64,000 nt of DNA from Octopus vulgaris (GCA_951406725.2 OX597828.1:50778001-50842000); one strand, 5' to 3'. Counted from the first letter of the stretch, positions 13,541 to 26,612 are shown. Translations and numbers: made by a program. The notes: generated by a model not told the origin, from the sequence alone.

Positions 13541-13598
13541 AAATAATAAATATTAGGGAATAAATCCATTGCCTAATAGTGGTTTTGTCTCTAATTTA

Positions 13599-13606
<8 letters not shown>
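13541..13606. mobile_element. Minimal copy of the 19.1-19.6 kb fold-back family (both termini only)
   Basis: AATAATAAATATTAGGGAATAAATCCA joined to TTGC.TAATAGTGGTTTTGTCTCTAATTTAATATAAT, within (TA)n. Confidence 0.8.
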
Positions 13607-13665
<59 letters not shown>

Positions 13666-13742
13666 TCATATATAAATATATACGCATAAAATATATTCAT
13701 ATATATATATATATACACATATATATATATACATATATACAT

Positions 13743-13777
<35 letters not shown>

Positions 13778-14626
13778 GTGTGTGTAGACACACACACACA
13801 ATATATATATATGATTGCATCATCTTGGCAGATGATAACCGTTCCATCAAAACACACTGCACTCCATCGCACAGCCCAATCCCTCCGCTGATGAACCCTC
13901 AGATGACTTTTAAGACCAGCTGCTTACTGACAATCTTTAAAATAGTAAGTGACAGATATTCGATATTCTTCTACATCGCTGCGCTTTTGAATCTGATTCT
14001 GAAGGAATGTTCTTGTGAACTAGCATATGACTTTAAAGTCCAGATATTGTCTTACAAGTTTTGTGACATATGACACAAGTTATTACCTACCTAGGTATTT
14101 CGATTTTCATGTGATTTCCTGTGATTCACGTATCCTGCTTTTGATCACGATCACACACAATACATATGGAATTTTCACTTTTGATTTCAGTTCCAGTTGT
14201 TTCATTCCGTCGTATCTACGTTCAATTACATGTACGTATATAACTTGCAAATATACTTACATATATGCATTCGCACGTACATATGTATATACATACACAC
14301 CTCACACACTTAAGTAAAAAAAAAGTCTTTGGTGTAATAAATATTTCAACGAGAATGTTCGAAGCCGAAAGTCTAGTTCTACAAATAATCCATTATCCTA
14401 GGTTCTTCGTTGACGTTCTAAAGGTTTATGCATAAAATATTTAGAATATCGAAAACAAGCTGGATTTAATCGCAGCATTTTCCATTGGTGTAGAGAGGGA
14501 AATAGGCCCAAAGCACAAAATTATTGGTGTCTCTAACTATACAATATGTGCTACCAATGCTCAACTCGTTACCATTTAAACTGGTCATATCTGGCCAAAT
14601 ATTCTACCTGTTTTACGTTCAGACCA

Positions 14627-14795
14627 TCATCATCATTGTTCGACCGTGGTCGAGACAATGGAATTTACCATGCTACGCCAGACTTCACGGTCCATCATGG
14701 CATTACGGAGGTCCTGTTGCTGGATGCCTGTATCCCTGGAGATTACATCAGAGTAGGAGAGTGTGCACCCTCTGGTATTGCGAGTAGATGGCTTC
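14627..14795 (-). mobile_element. 5'-truncated RTE-type LINE 3' end with 7 bp TSD
   Basis: Minus strand reads KPSTRNTRGCTLSYSDVISRDTGIQQQDLRNAMMDREVWRSMV...* then a (TGA)n tail; TSD CAGACCA at 14620-14626 and 14796-14802. Confidence 0.8.
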
Positions 14796-14989
14796 CAGAC
14801 CAACTAGATGTGGCCTCTCCTCACACCTATCATACAATGTCATTCTAAAAAATAAATGATCACATCATTAAAGTCTCAATACTATGAGATAATGCTTGAC
14901 TAATTCAAAATAAAGTAAGCAAGTAAGCTTTATATTTGATAGAATAATCTGAATCTTAAGGAGCTAAGTTTTGATTAAAATATACGATT

Positions 14990-16150
14990 AAAAGATGCTG
15001 TGAACCTCGATAGCGTAACACAAAAATATTGCACCAAACTTAATAAGTTATGTTAGACATTTTCTCTTACATCAAGCTAATAGCACAAGATGCATTTGCC
15101 ACGCTCTTAATGATACCGACATCTAGGATACTCGACTGCTTAAAAGGGAAAATACGTTCCGCAGATATTAAACCCTGTAAAATTCTGACATCATTTGCAA
15201 ATTTTCACAGAAACAGTGACATAGACATACTCTATCTCAGTAGTAAAGAGAAGAGAGCAGGCTTAAAGTGAATATAAACTTTGAGTGCTATATGGTAGCA
15301 CTCAGAAGTCATCAGTTTAACAGTAGCAGAAAAATTAAATACATTAATCAAATGCTCAAAATGATGTAAATAACATCTTACGAGTTTGTAGTGAACTTCT
15401 TACAATCAATCACCTCGAATGACTACTGATAATAATCTGTAATAGCAGAATTGTAATATCTCTGTAATGATCTGGAAGAGAAACACTCTGAATACCACAA
15501 GTATTGTGGTATTATTATGACTATGGTCCCCGTAAACTTGAAAACGATAATAATATTAACACGAATTATAACCTTAATACGATTCGTGACCACTATTTCA
15601 TGTCACAACTCAAATTGTAATTTTTACAGTCCATCAGAAAATAATGGTCACGAAATATCTCTTGAAGAAACGAGACAACGAAGCCACGGAGAACATAATA
15701 CATGTAATCACTAGCTGCGAAAAAATATCATGTAGACTATATTCCACTGCGACATTATGTGGTTGTTTTCTATCGAAAAGTCTACGTTAGGATTAATATA
15801 AACGATACTTCTGGTATAGAATAATTACATTCATATCAACACAAGTATTTGTGATGGAATATTCCGTCATAAGTTCTACTAAGAACAACATAAAAGACAT
15901 GACATAGTTATTTAGAACAAAAGAAAGACATGCACTTTCATAAAAATTAGTTGCTTTGCAGATGTGAATATCTCTTCAGCAATTAGCCAGAAAGAGAATA
16001 TCTGTGGACAGCTACTTCGAAACCTGCAACTGCATCTACCTTAGTTGTTAGTAAGAGTCTAAATGACAATCTGGATAAGTTTAGCGTTTCAATCTGACAA
16101 AAAGACCTGCTAAATCATGATTTAGAGCTACAACTTGTAAGAGGAAAATT
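14990..16150 (+). mobile_element. Highly degenerate RLE-type LINE fragment
   Basis: NFHRNSDIDILYL...RAGLK (compare HPxSDxxRLYLxRxxGGRGL), then DIVI*NK, ISCFADVNI and KENICGQL. Confidence 0.6.
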
Positions 16151-16163
16151 AAAAATATGCAAT

Positions 16164-16590
16164 AGGCGCAGGAGTGGCTGTGTGGTAAGTAGCTTGCTAA
16201 CCAACCGCATGGTTCTGAGTTCAGTCCCACTGCGTGGCATCTTGGGCAAGTGTCTTCTGCTATAGCCCCGGGCCGACCAATGCCTTGTGAGTGGATTTGG
16301 TAGACGGAAACTGAAAGAAGCCTGTCGTATATATGTATATATATATATGTGTGTATGTGTGTGTTTGTGTGTTTGTGTGTGTGTGTTTGTCCCCCTAGCA
16401 TTGCTTGACAACCGATGCTGGTGTGTTTACGTCCCCGTCACTTAGCGGTTCGGCAAAAGAGACCGATAGAATAAGTACTGGGCTTACAAAGAATAAGTCC
16501 CGGGGTCGATTTGCTCGACTAAAGGCGGTGCTCCAGCATGACCGCAGTCAAATGACTGAAGCAAGTAAAAGATTAAAAGATAAAAGATTA
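16164..16590 (+). mobile_element. SINE family A, full length
   Basis: Near-identical to 12671-13092. Confidence 0.92.
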
Positions 16591-17447
16591 ATAACGTTGT
16601 TATCTAAATTCTAGTGGATGAGCTTTATTTCTTCTGTAGAAAAAGGTTGCTTCTCGGAAAAATTCTACTAACTGATAAATATAAAAATGTGAAGACATAC
16701 ACATACACGCACGAAAACACAAGTATTCACTCAGAAATATGATTATATATACGTGAGTGTATGTTTGTGTGTATGTGCGTTTCTTTGTTTCTACATAAAT
16801 TAAAACATAATCAGTAGATATTCTGATATATTTTGTTATATTTACTGGTCGTAATAATATTACGTAACGTTTCGAACATATAGCAATACGTCCAAGGCAA
16901 GCTGATATAACATATGAAACTTAGAATATATTCATAAAATAAATGCACATCAGTAACCTGAGAACAAAACATAAATATAATTTATATTCACATCAACCCA
17001 TCATTGTTGGACAAAAAAGCTAATATCTGAAATGTCAAGGGTATTGTTTCCTCTCCCTGCATTTAAAACTGACTTTAACGACATCTATTTTTGTTTCTCC
17101 AAAACTATTTATATATAACATCTTCCAGACAATACTATCCGCTTCACTGAGTTCACATACTCATAAAAAAGCATTTATTCACAAAAATAACAACGCTGTC
17201 AATAACTTCATTAGCTTATAACAGAGTTCCGGGATGTACACCACCAATGATAAAAGCGAATAACAGAATAACAATAGTTATGCTACAATGAAATCGTTTC
17301 AGCCGAGAGTCATATAAAAACAAATTGATCGGTGGAGGGAGACGGAGGTGTCATTTGATTACCATTGGTGTTCAGTGTAGGAGATGGAGTCATGCGTTAT
17401 ATAACAGTAATACATTTGTGCATAGCATATAGTCGTTCCACACACAC

Positions 17448-17482
<35 letters not shown>

Positions 17483-19114
17483 TATACATATATATATATA
17501 AATATATATAAGTATTTATATATACATACACATATGCATGTATATATATATATATATATTTACATATATATATTCATGTATATATACATACACATACACA
17601 CATATACATATTTATATATGTAGAAAATAACGCCCACATGTATGTAAAATTAACAACGGAAATAACGAGGGAAACAAAATAACAGGAAAGACAAAGTATA
17701 ATTTTTACTTTGATGCTCAAGGAAAGAGAATTATGCAGAAGTGTCTTTGACGTTTCGGACTTAGGATCTTCTTCAGATATACACTCAAAAGGTTTAATTA
17801 GAATAAAAGAAAGATGATACTAATAAAGAAATAAAACGCATTTAAAGTACCATGTAAGTATTAGAGCGGAATATGTGCTTCTATTCACGTTCATTGTAGA
17901 TATATTTTGTTATAATAACATAATTACTTTACATACTGAGGTCTAATCTTATAAATATAAATGATGGCTATTGATATTCTACATCACAGAATATTACTGT
18001 ACTCACAGACCATTAACCAGTTTGCACATGTATAATATTAGTCTTTGCTGCATAATAATATTCATTTATATTATCATGAAATAATTTCAAATGAAATTTA
18101 ACAATAATTCCACGTCTTTTCTGCTACTTTCTTTGGTTACTATAAAATCGAAAGCAATCAGAGATATTTACCATTTTACTCTTCACTCAGTGAAACATGG
18201 AGTTGGTAAGAGCTACTCGGATGGCACACAATATCTGAAGTGAAGTGCCTCTTCCAGAGAAACCACACGCCAGCCTGTCCGGGAATGTAAACCAAAGCCT
18301 TCTATATTTGTGAGGTGAGCAATCCTAATAATAACACAATGCTACTTCACAATTTATGCGTTGATACACAAACATACACACAAACACACACATATACACA
18401 TACATGTTTATGTATATATATATATATATATATATTTGCATATATACACTCGTGGGCATACACACATCTACATGCGCATGCAGTTGCATGTGTATATATA
18501 CAGTTGAAACGCTCCGAGGAAGATGCAAGGTGATGCACTATCACTCAGCTCTTCATATAGCAGAAAGAGTTGTAAGCCAATGCAGTAGGTTACGTTAATC
18601 GTGTCATCTCAGTATTCCATAAACTCGTACTTCGCTTTGTATTCGTCAAACGCTTTATTGTGAAGCAAATGAAAATTGGGTTCTGACCTGTTATCAGTAT
18701 CGGTATGACTCAGAGATAATAATATATACATACATGAATGAATGCAGACATACATACATACACAAAAACATACAGATATATATATGTGTGTGTGTGTACA
18801 TATATACATACGTACACATATATGTGTGTATGCATTTACGCATATGTACACACACACATATATATGTGTATATATAGTGAGAATTTACAAAAAAGCCCAA
18901 AAGACGAAGACGGATGTGTAAATAACAAATAGATGTATTTGTTTAATTATTGGGAAGTGAGAAAGTCTTATACCATTCGAGCCTACGCTCTTCGACAGAA
19001 AGGAACATAGAAATAAACAGGCATATAAAATGAAATGAAATAAAAAGATTTTGTTGCTAGCGATCTATCATGCATGAATATATATATATATATATACATA
19101 CATACATACATATA

Positions 19115-19569
19115 TAATAATAAATATTAGGGAATAAATCCAAATTTACAGGGAAAAAATCAGATTTAGGATTGAATCCAATTTTATAGTAAAATATAAT
19201 ATTATATTAAATTAGAGACAAAACCACTATTATGCAAATCAAACAAAGAAAGACTTAAGCCAATACATAAAATAATTTATATAAATTAAATTTAATTAAA
19301 ATAACCACTACGATCGTTTCGTGACAGAACTTCTATGAGACATTCTTCAGGTGGTTTCAAAACCTTCTTTGCAAGTTTTAAACTATGAACTTAGTTTAAA
19401 ACTTGCAAAGAAGGTTTTGAAACCACCTGAAGAATGTCTCATAGAAGTTCTGTCACGAAACGATCGTAGTGGTTATTTTAATTAAATTTAATTTATATAA
19501 ATTATTTTATGTATTGGCTTAAGTCTTTCTTTGTTTGATTTGCATAATAGTGGTTTTGTCTCTAATTGA

Positions 19570-19578
<9 letters not shown>
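19115..19578. mobile_element. Penelope-like fold-back insertion: ~84 bp tail plus palindrome with 187 bp arms, in (TA)n
   Basis: Arms 19199-19385 and 19392-19578 (one mismatch seen), loop TGAACT; each arm holds a hammerhead motif. Confidence 0.85.
19421..19474 (+). ncRNA. Minimal type I hammerhead ribozyme motif (mirror copy on minus strand at 19303-19356)
   Basis: AACCAC-CTGAAGA-(23 nt)-GAAA-CGATCG-TA-GTGGTT: 6 bp stem I, intact core, palindromic stem III. Stem II pairing is weak. Confidence 0.65.
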
Positions 19579-19614
<36 letters not shown>

Positions 19615-19859
19615 CACCCCATTTTGAATTATATGGATAATACCAGACTAAATTCTGGTGCCTTTGACTTAAGTACCTTATTCATCTGAATCTATCTATA
19701 TATATATGTATGTGTATTTAAATACCCACACATATATACATATGTATAAATATACATGTGTATGTGTGAGTGTGTGTTTGCTCGTGTGTGTGGGTAAACA
19801 AATTTTACCTTCTCTTGCTGGGTCCTGACAAAGGACAGTCCCTATGGCATTGGAAGCGT

Positions 19860-20470
19860 AGGTAGACCCTCCTTGTCCGGTCGGATCGATAACGTTAATG
19901 TCCCTCTTGAATCCTTCTTTCGAAGTTAACATCTCAAGAAAAGATTCAAGCAGAGAAGGGCACCAGAGCGATGACCTTCTTGGAAGGAAGTGTGCGTAGT
20001 GTTTAGCGTGGGGCCACGTTGGGGGTTTAGACACAATAAAAATAATGAGAACAGGAAGGACAAATAGTGCAGAGATGGTACAAAACTTGCCACCTCCGGA
20101 GACTAAATGCTGTTATAAGAGCGATTAAAAGAAGGTAAAAGGAGACAAGTTGATTGTGTGCCAGAAGCGTGCTGACTGACTGATGAGTCGGATAGCCTTT
20201 ATCTTGATATGATCTACGATGTTTGTGTAAGCAGCTGCAACACTGTACAGTGTGTGACAGCAATAATGCATTTTCGACCACGCCTGATCTTTGTAGAATG
20301 TTCACTAATTGTTGGGGCTAAAGTTATTCTGTGGTTGTGAAGAGAAAGACCAGTTGTTGGGGCGTTATTTTCTGTATTTTAAGGATATACTTTAGTGAGA
20401 ACCAAAATTTGCAGGTTGGTGCTGCAGATGATTAAAATATGTCTGTTATGGCGATGTTTTCTGAGGTATG
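19860..20470 (-). mobile_element. Degenerate L2/CR1-group LINE 3' region
   Basis: Frameshifted minus-strand motifs LQILG, PQQLVNIL, KAIRLI, KHYAHFLPRRSSLW and FKRDINVID. Confidence 0.6.
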
Positions 20471-20654
20471 CACATACTCAACACAAATACAAACTCACAC
20501 GCACACACATAAATACATAATACACATATATAGGTGCATGTATATATGTATACACACATATACATATATACATTTATATATAAATATATATATACACTTA
20601 TTCATATACATACATACATATATATGTGTATATATATATATATGTATTTATATA

Positions 20655-20731
<77 letters not shown>

Positions 20732-21128
20732 CACTTGTAATTGTATCAGTCACTGATAGAAAGTGAGTTAATATATATTTAACTCCATAAATATTTTCAA
20801 TATTAAAAAAAAGAATGCGTGATATTTTTTGTTAAATATTTTTTTATCAGTGTTGTGCGCAGTAGTTATTTCTGCTTTTTCTATTTTATTCTGAAACAAA
20901 GATAGAATGGCTCTAAGACCACACAGATAAGCGACAAATAACATATTCAAAATTAATGGTTCACAAGTTAAAAAACACCGAAAAAAAAAAAACGAAATTC
21001 GCTCATTGCTCTCTCGTTTGAAACCAGTTCAGACGCCCAACATCCGCTCTTGTTTCATGAATTAATACTATGAATTTACTGAGCATAATTAATCTACATA
21101 CATGTGTTTAAAACAATGTCTGGAAAAT

Positions 21129-22247
21129 TTACACATAAGTTGTGCAGCTTTCGTTGTTGACTCTTCCATTGCCCGTCACAATGGTATATCGACCTTGGGA
21201 GGAATTATTCAATGCTTGGAATATTTTATTTGGGAAGAAAGTCATAAATGTTTTGCGAAATTGTGGACCGGTGAGGCAATATACAAAAAAATAGCAGGAA
21301 TAATGCGAGAAACAGATGCCCTCAATACATCGACGGGTTATCATGAAAGTGAAAAAGCGATTCCATTGTGGATCTGCACGTATTTCATCATCTGTCATAA
21401 AACCGTTACCAATTTCGAAGTTTGTGGCTATAACGAAGACTAATGCAACCGGCAAGGTAGTGAAAATCAAATAGAAGGAAACCGAAAGTAAAGTGATGGT
21501 TGATGCAGCGTTATTACTTCCGGACGAGGTTTGGTGGGGAAGTTGTATTGCATTTGCTTTCGTAATCTTATGTATCTCGCAAATGACAAGGATATTGAAG
21601 ATTAACACACAGATTGGAACACCACCAAATATTGACATTTCGCTCAACCAGTTCCAAACTTCTGTGAAACTGTCAGGTGTGACATTGGTGTCCCTGTAGG
21701 TGCACACCTTGTGTGTTTCATCATAATTCCAGATATAGATTTGTGCTGAAGCCAGCGAAGAGCTCAGAAATATTAATCCACAAACTACGTAGATTGCACG
21801 TTTCACTGTACAAAACCTCTCTTTGTGAAATGGCTTGCAGACGGCAATCCATCTTTCTACCGTAAAACCAAGAACAATTAACGGTGCCAGGTACTGCGGT
21901 ATCATGTATATAAAATTGTACAGTTCGCAGATGCCAGTGTGAGCGATTGTAGATATACCCCAGGCTATTTGAAGTTCGTTGATGAAATGCAACCAAAGAA
22001 ACATAAAGTCTGTTATCGATAATACTGCGAGGTATATAGCCGAAGAATTATTGCGCCGAATACGATGGTTTAGCCATATGAATGCTGAGATGGGATTTGT
22101 AAAAAGGCCAATGATGTGCCAAACTGCGTTGACATAGCGGTCTATATAGAGAGCTGATGGACAGAATTCTTTGAAAAGTCCCATTGGCCAGGAATGGCGT
22201 TCAAAGACGTTTGTAATGTTTTCTGGAAAAGTCTCATTGTCGTACAT
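21129..22247 (-). CDS. Class A (rhodopsin-like) peptide GPCR, FMRFamide/sex-peptide-receptor-like group; uninterrupted coding sequence, 372 aa
   Basis: Seven hydrophobic segments; GLFTN (TM1), LSITD (D2.50), C3.25 in GICEL, TVERWIAVCKPF (DRY variant), ECL2 Cys, TM5 and TM6 prolines (GVP, FTTLP), FFVYCLTGPQFR into helix 8; N-terminal NET/NIT sequons; no stops. Confidence 0.93.
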   Translation of the reverse strand: MYDNETFPENITNVFERHSWPMGLFKEFCPSALYIDRYVNAVWHIIGLFTNPISAFIWLNHRIRRNNSSAIYLAVLSITDFMFLWLHFINELQIAWGISTIAHTGICELYNFIYMIPQYLAPLIVLGFTVERWIAVCKPFHKERFCTVKRAIYVVCGLIFLSSSLASAQIYIWNYDETHKVCTYRDTNVTPDSFTEVWNWLSEMSIFGGVPICVLIFNILVICEIHKITKANAIQLPHQTSSGSNNAASTITLLSVSFYLIFTTLPVALVFVIATNFEIGNGFMTDDEIRADPQWNRFFTFMITRRCIEGICFSHYSCYFFVYCLTGPQFRKTFMTFFPNKIFQALNNSSQGRYTIVTGNGRVNNESCTTYV

Positions 22248-22297
22248 TGTAATTTGTTGCTGCTGCCGTTATTAAAATCTCTCAATTTTACTTGTTT

Positions 22298-22330
22298 ACC
22301 TGTGAATATAATGATAAAGAAAAATAATCC
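22298..22330 (-). other. Probable splice acceptor of the GPCR coding exon (exon starts at 22299, 52 nt before the ATG)
   Basis: Minus strand TTTTTCTTTATCATTATATTCACAG|G: pyrimidine tract plus CAG. Confidence 0.55.
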
Positions 22331-24465
22331 GTTATGAAAAAGCAAAATTATTGTCAAATATGTGATAATTCAGATATGATTTAACATAATCACAAATTAT
22401 GATAAATATTTAAATATGATAATATATAAACATAATAAACAAACATAATCACAAACAATCATATATAAGCATCTATAATCATATATTATCATATATTACC
22501 ATACGTAATCGTATTTACTAATCTCAGGTACCATGCGCAGTCGGGAGGATTATAATATTCCTTTCACTAAACACATATTTGTCACTACGTTAATCTATTT
22601 GTTAATGGGATTATTATCATGTGGACGGAGATTATGCGATCTGTAAATAATTTAAACTATTTACTCTGCGACGCAATTCTCTTTGTATAACTACATAATA
22701 ACTGTCATCCCGAGTTTTCTTCAAAACGGTATTTAACAAAGTGTATTTATGTCACAGCAAGTTGTTTCTCGTATATTTATAAATTCTACGAAGGGACTAC
22801 TAATGTAAAGAAATACACTTCATAGATTTCCAATGCAGTTTTCAAGTCACAAATAAGGGTAAAATGGCAACTAGATGAATGAGCTTTTCAGGATATAAAC
22901 AGTACAGTCGTATGGTACAAATATTTACTGGAGACAAATTTGTTGATCCCTATAAATCACACAGAATTATCCGGTTATCATTTAATAATACTTTTTGCTT
23001 CCGGTGGTCTCTATCTTCGAATTTACCTATTTTCAATGATGTACTACAACATTTAATGATAATGAAGCAATGGTCAATTAATCTATATTTCTGCAAGTTG
23101 CTGTAATGAAAGAAATTGATCCACTACTCCCTCATTCTTGTCTTTTATTTCTCTAAATCAATAAGTACCTGAACTAATAGTATCCGCGCATTCCTTTCTA
23201 TCATCTCTGACACTTTTCCGTATCGTAGTTGACTTCGTTTTTCATCTCCAACTATTAACATCGAACCGTTTAAATCAAATCAAACAATTCCAACTACCTA
23301 CTTTTCTTTATATCTCAGTATAAACTTCATAAAATGTTATAAGCATCAATAATTTATCTCGACTCTTTAGGGAGTAAAGTACCACTGATATCGGTGAATC
23401 TAGTAATTGACAGAAATTCTTTGCAATAATAGAAAAAAAACGTTACTTTCATGGTGAGTCCCATAATCCTATTGAGTATTATTTAGAAATTTCTTCAACG
23501 ATTCAGTTCAGTAAGGACTAGTGATTTGACGTAGATTTTTGGTAAAATCACTCCCAAAACAAAAAAATAACTACGTGTCAAACCAGACTCTTTTTAGTAA
23601 ATATTCATCATGGTTAAGTGAACTGAGATGCATTGGATTAGGGGTTTCAGTGTTATTGTGAAACTCATTATGAAGATGAACAATGTATCGAAATTATGAA
23701 ACCTTTGAACTGCGAATCCAATATTCTTCATAGAGCACGCTCTATGATTTTGTGGTGCTTCTATATAAGTAATTATCTCGAAATTTACTTATCTTCAAGG
23801 ATGTAATTCAACATTTAAAGATAATGAAGCAATGATCAATTAATCGATATTTCTGCAGGTGGTAAGAAGGAGAGAAATTGATCCATATTTCGTGCTTTTA
23901 AAATGGTAAATGCGCCTATTGACACTCGAGTATGTTTCTCATAAATACACTACACTCAAAGAAGGAGAAAATATAAGTGCCTAGCACTTAATTATGTTTG
24001 TGAAAAATACAGCTTTCAAACCTGCAAAAATACGATCGAGACTAACAGCCCGTTAATTGCTAGTGTCATTCGTACGACTAATTCTACACCGAGAAAGGAA
24101 CACTGCAATTAGCATAAAAAGTTTTAATAGATAAATAAGAGGAGCATACCATATTAGAAGAGACTCATACTTCCACGTCACCGGAAAGATTCCATCGATT
24201 CATAGATTTGTGTGAATGTAGAAAACTGTTAAAACTGCCGTTAGCTGAAGCAGGGCAACGAAACTCAATGTTCTGGATTATGTGCACTGTAGTTAGTATT
24301 CACTGATTGCCGTTGACTTCTGTTGGCCTCCGTAATAGATCTGCACCAAATTCTGGTAAAGAAAAAATACACAAGAGATATAGATATTTCGGTCTATGAA
24401 TATATTATAGATATAACTGAAAGCTAGATGTAGAATGTACATAGAAAAGGGAATAAATAAACTTT

Positions 24466-24573
24466 CATCATCATCATCATCATCATCACCATCATCATCA
24501 TCACCACCAGCACCACCGGCACCACCACCACCACCACCACCACCACAACCAGCACCACCACCACTACCACCAC

Positions 24574-24604
<31 letters not shown>

Positions 24605-24633
24605 GTCGTCGTCGTCGTCGTCGTCGTCGTCAT
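24466..24633. repeat. Compound (CAT)n/(CAC)n/(CGT)n microsatellite
   Basis: Seen directly; explains the D/G/P/S-rich ORFs. Confidence 0.95.
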
Positions 24634-25249
24634 CTGTTTCCAGGATGGCCACACTCCAATATCTGAAATTAGTATTCATATTTGTAAATGAGGTTTAGAA
24701 GGGCCATGATCTTCGCTGTTCCTGAGTCGCATGGGTATTCTATGTTATTCCGCTTCGTGGCGAAATAGTCAGAGGCGGATGAAAGAGGTGAAAGATCAGA
24801 TATAAGGATAGGAAGAAGAGATAAATGGCGAGGTGGATGGGGGTGGATGGGGTGCGTGGTTGTATAGTCCAGAGTAGCGAAAGAAAAGATAGAGAGATAG
24901 TGTCTGTGAAACAGCGATGTAGGAGGTTGGTCAGGGAATCCTGCTCGCTCATTCAGTTGTCTGAATTTCTTAGTTTTACATTATTTGTGAAAGGGTTTCG
25001 GTGATCTTTACTTCTTGCTGATGAGTTTCAAAATTATTAGGCCAATGTTTGCAGAGAAATGTGAGCAGAGATATAGAATTATGAACGATATGCATTTAAG
25101 AATAGAAATAAAATAATAAATAAACATATCACATAACACTTGAAATAGGAGGAAATTTCAGCAAGGGCGAGATGGGTGCTGATTTAGAGGAATAATCAAA
25201 GATATGTAGATCGCATGTGTTCTAATAGTGAGTATATACATACATACAC

Positions 25250-25285
<36 letters not shown>

Positions 25286-25621
25286 CAGGGTGAATACTTG
25301 ATAATTGTAAGCACCTGTATATGCCATTTAGTGGTGTAGGTGATAGAGTATATTTATCAAAATAGAAACATAATGCAAAGGATTTGGTGGTACATATGTT
25401 TCTGGATTTTATTAGACGGTTTATATCAATGCATAATTGATGTAATTTGTATGTCAATAGCCTTCTTCAGCCGCGTACAATTACTACTCCAAGGACATGT
25501 ATTACATTAGTTTTGGAAAAAGACGAATTACATTGGGGATGCAAATCCTCATAGTCGTGTACAACAGAGCGAGGCACCAAAACAAAATCGAAGCGTCCAT
25601 CCCGTTTTTCACTCGATGTAG

Positions 25622-25700
<79 letters not shown>

Positions 25701-26307
25701 GTATGTATATGTACGTATGCATATATATATGTATATATGTCTATGTCTATGTAAAATACAATAAAAGGGGAGAAAAGAAATAAGATATTTGAGTTTAACT
25801 GTTGTCTGTGAAAATAGAGACATATACGCAACCTTCGACAGAGTAACGGTTATATATACAACTTGAACAGATACACATATCAGTACATAAACATATGTTT
25901 ACGTGTACATATACATATATACACACGCAGACACGGGTACACACTTACGTAAATACTTACATACATACATGCGTATATGCATGCATACAGATGTACACAT
26001 AGGTATACGTACATGCATACATGCTCACACACACACATGCACACATACATACATACATACATACATACATACATACATACATACATACATAGATACATAC
26101 ATACATGCATAAACGCATATATATCATGAAGTAAGATCCAGCACGAAGATTAGTCAGTGAACATGCAGGTCGCGGTTTCAAAGGGACGAAAATATTTTGA
26201 CACAAATAAAATTTAAATGTTGAAGTAAAACTAACGGTTTTGTGTGTTCTGAAATGGGATATAAACATCTTGCACTCTGCAATTGTTTCATATATATATA
26301 TATATAT

Positions 26308-26612
26308 CACGTGGTCACGTGACCGACCAGACCATCAGATGTTGCTACACATCGCTGGTGACAATGCGTTCGCATCGTTTTAGCCTTCGAACGACGCCAC
26401 CCCGCTGGCTAAGCGAGCAGGCCAACAGAAGAAAGAGTGAGAGAAAGAGTGGTGAAAGAGTACAGCAGGGATCACCATCCCCTGCCGGAGCCTCGTGGAG
26501 CTTATTGGTGTTTTCGCTCAATAAACACACACAACGCCCGGTCTAGGAATCAAAACCACGATCCTCCGACCGCGAGTCCGCTGCCCTAACCACTGGGCCA
26601 TTGCACCTCCAC
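26308..26612 (-). mobile_element. SINE family B, third tail type, inserted in (TA)n
   Basis: Head matches 5798 and 8633; tail differs and ends in GTCACGTGACCACGTGA. Confidence 0.85.
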
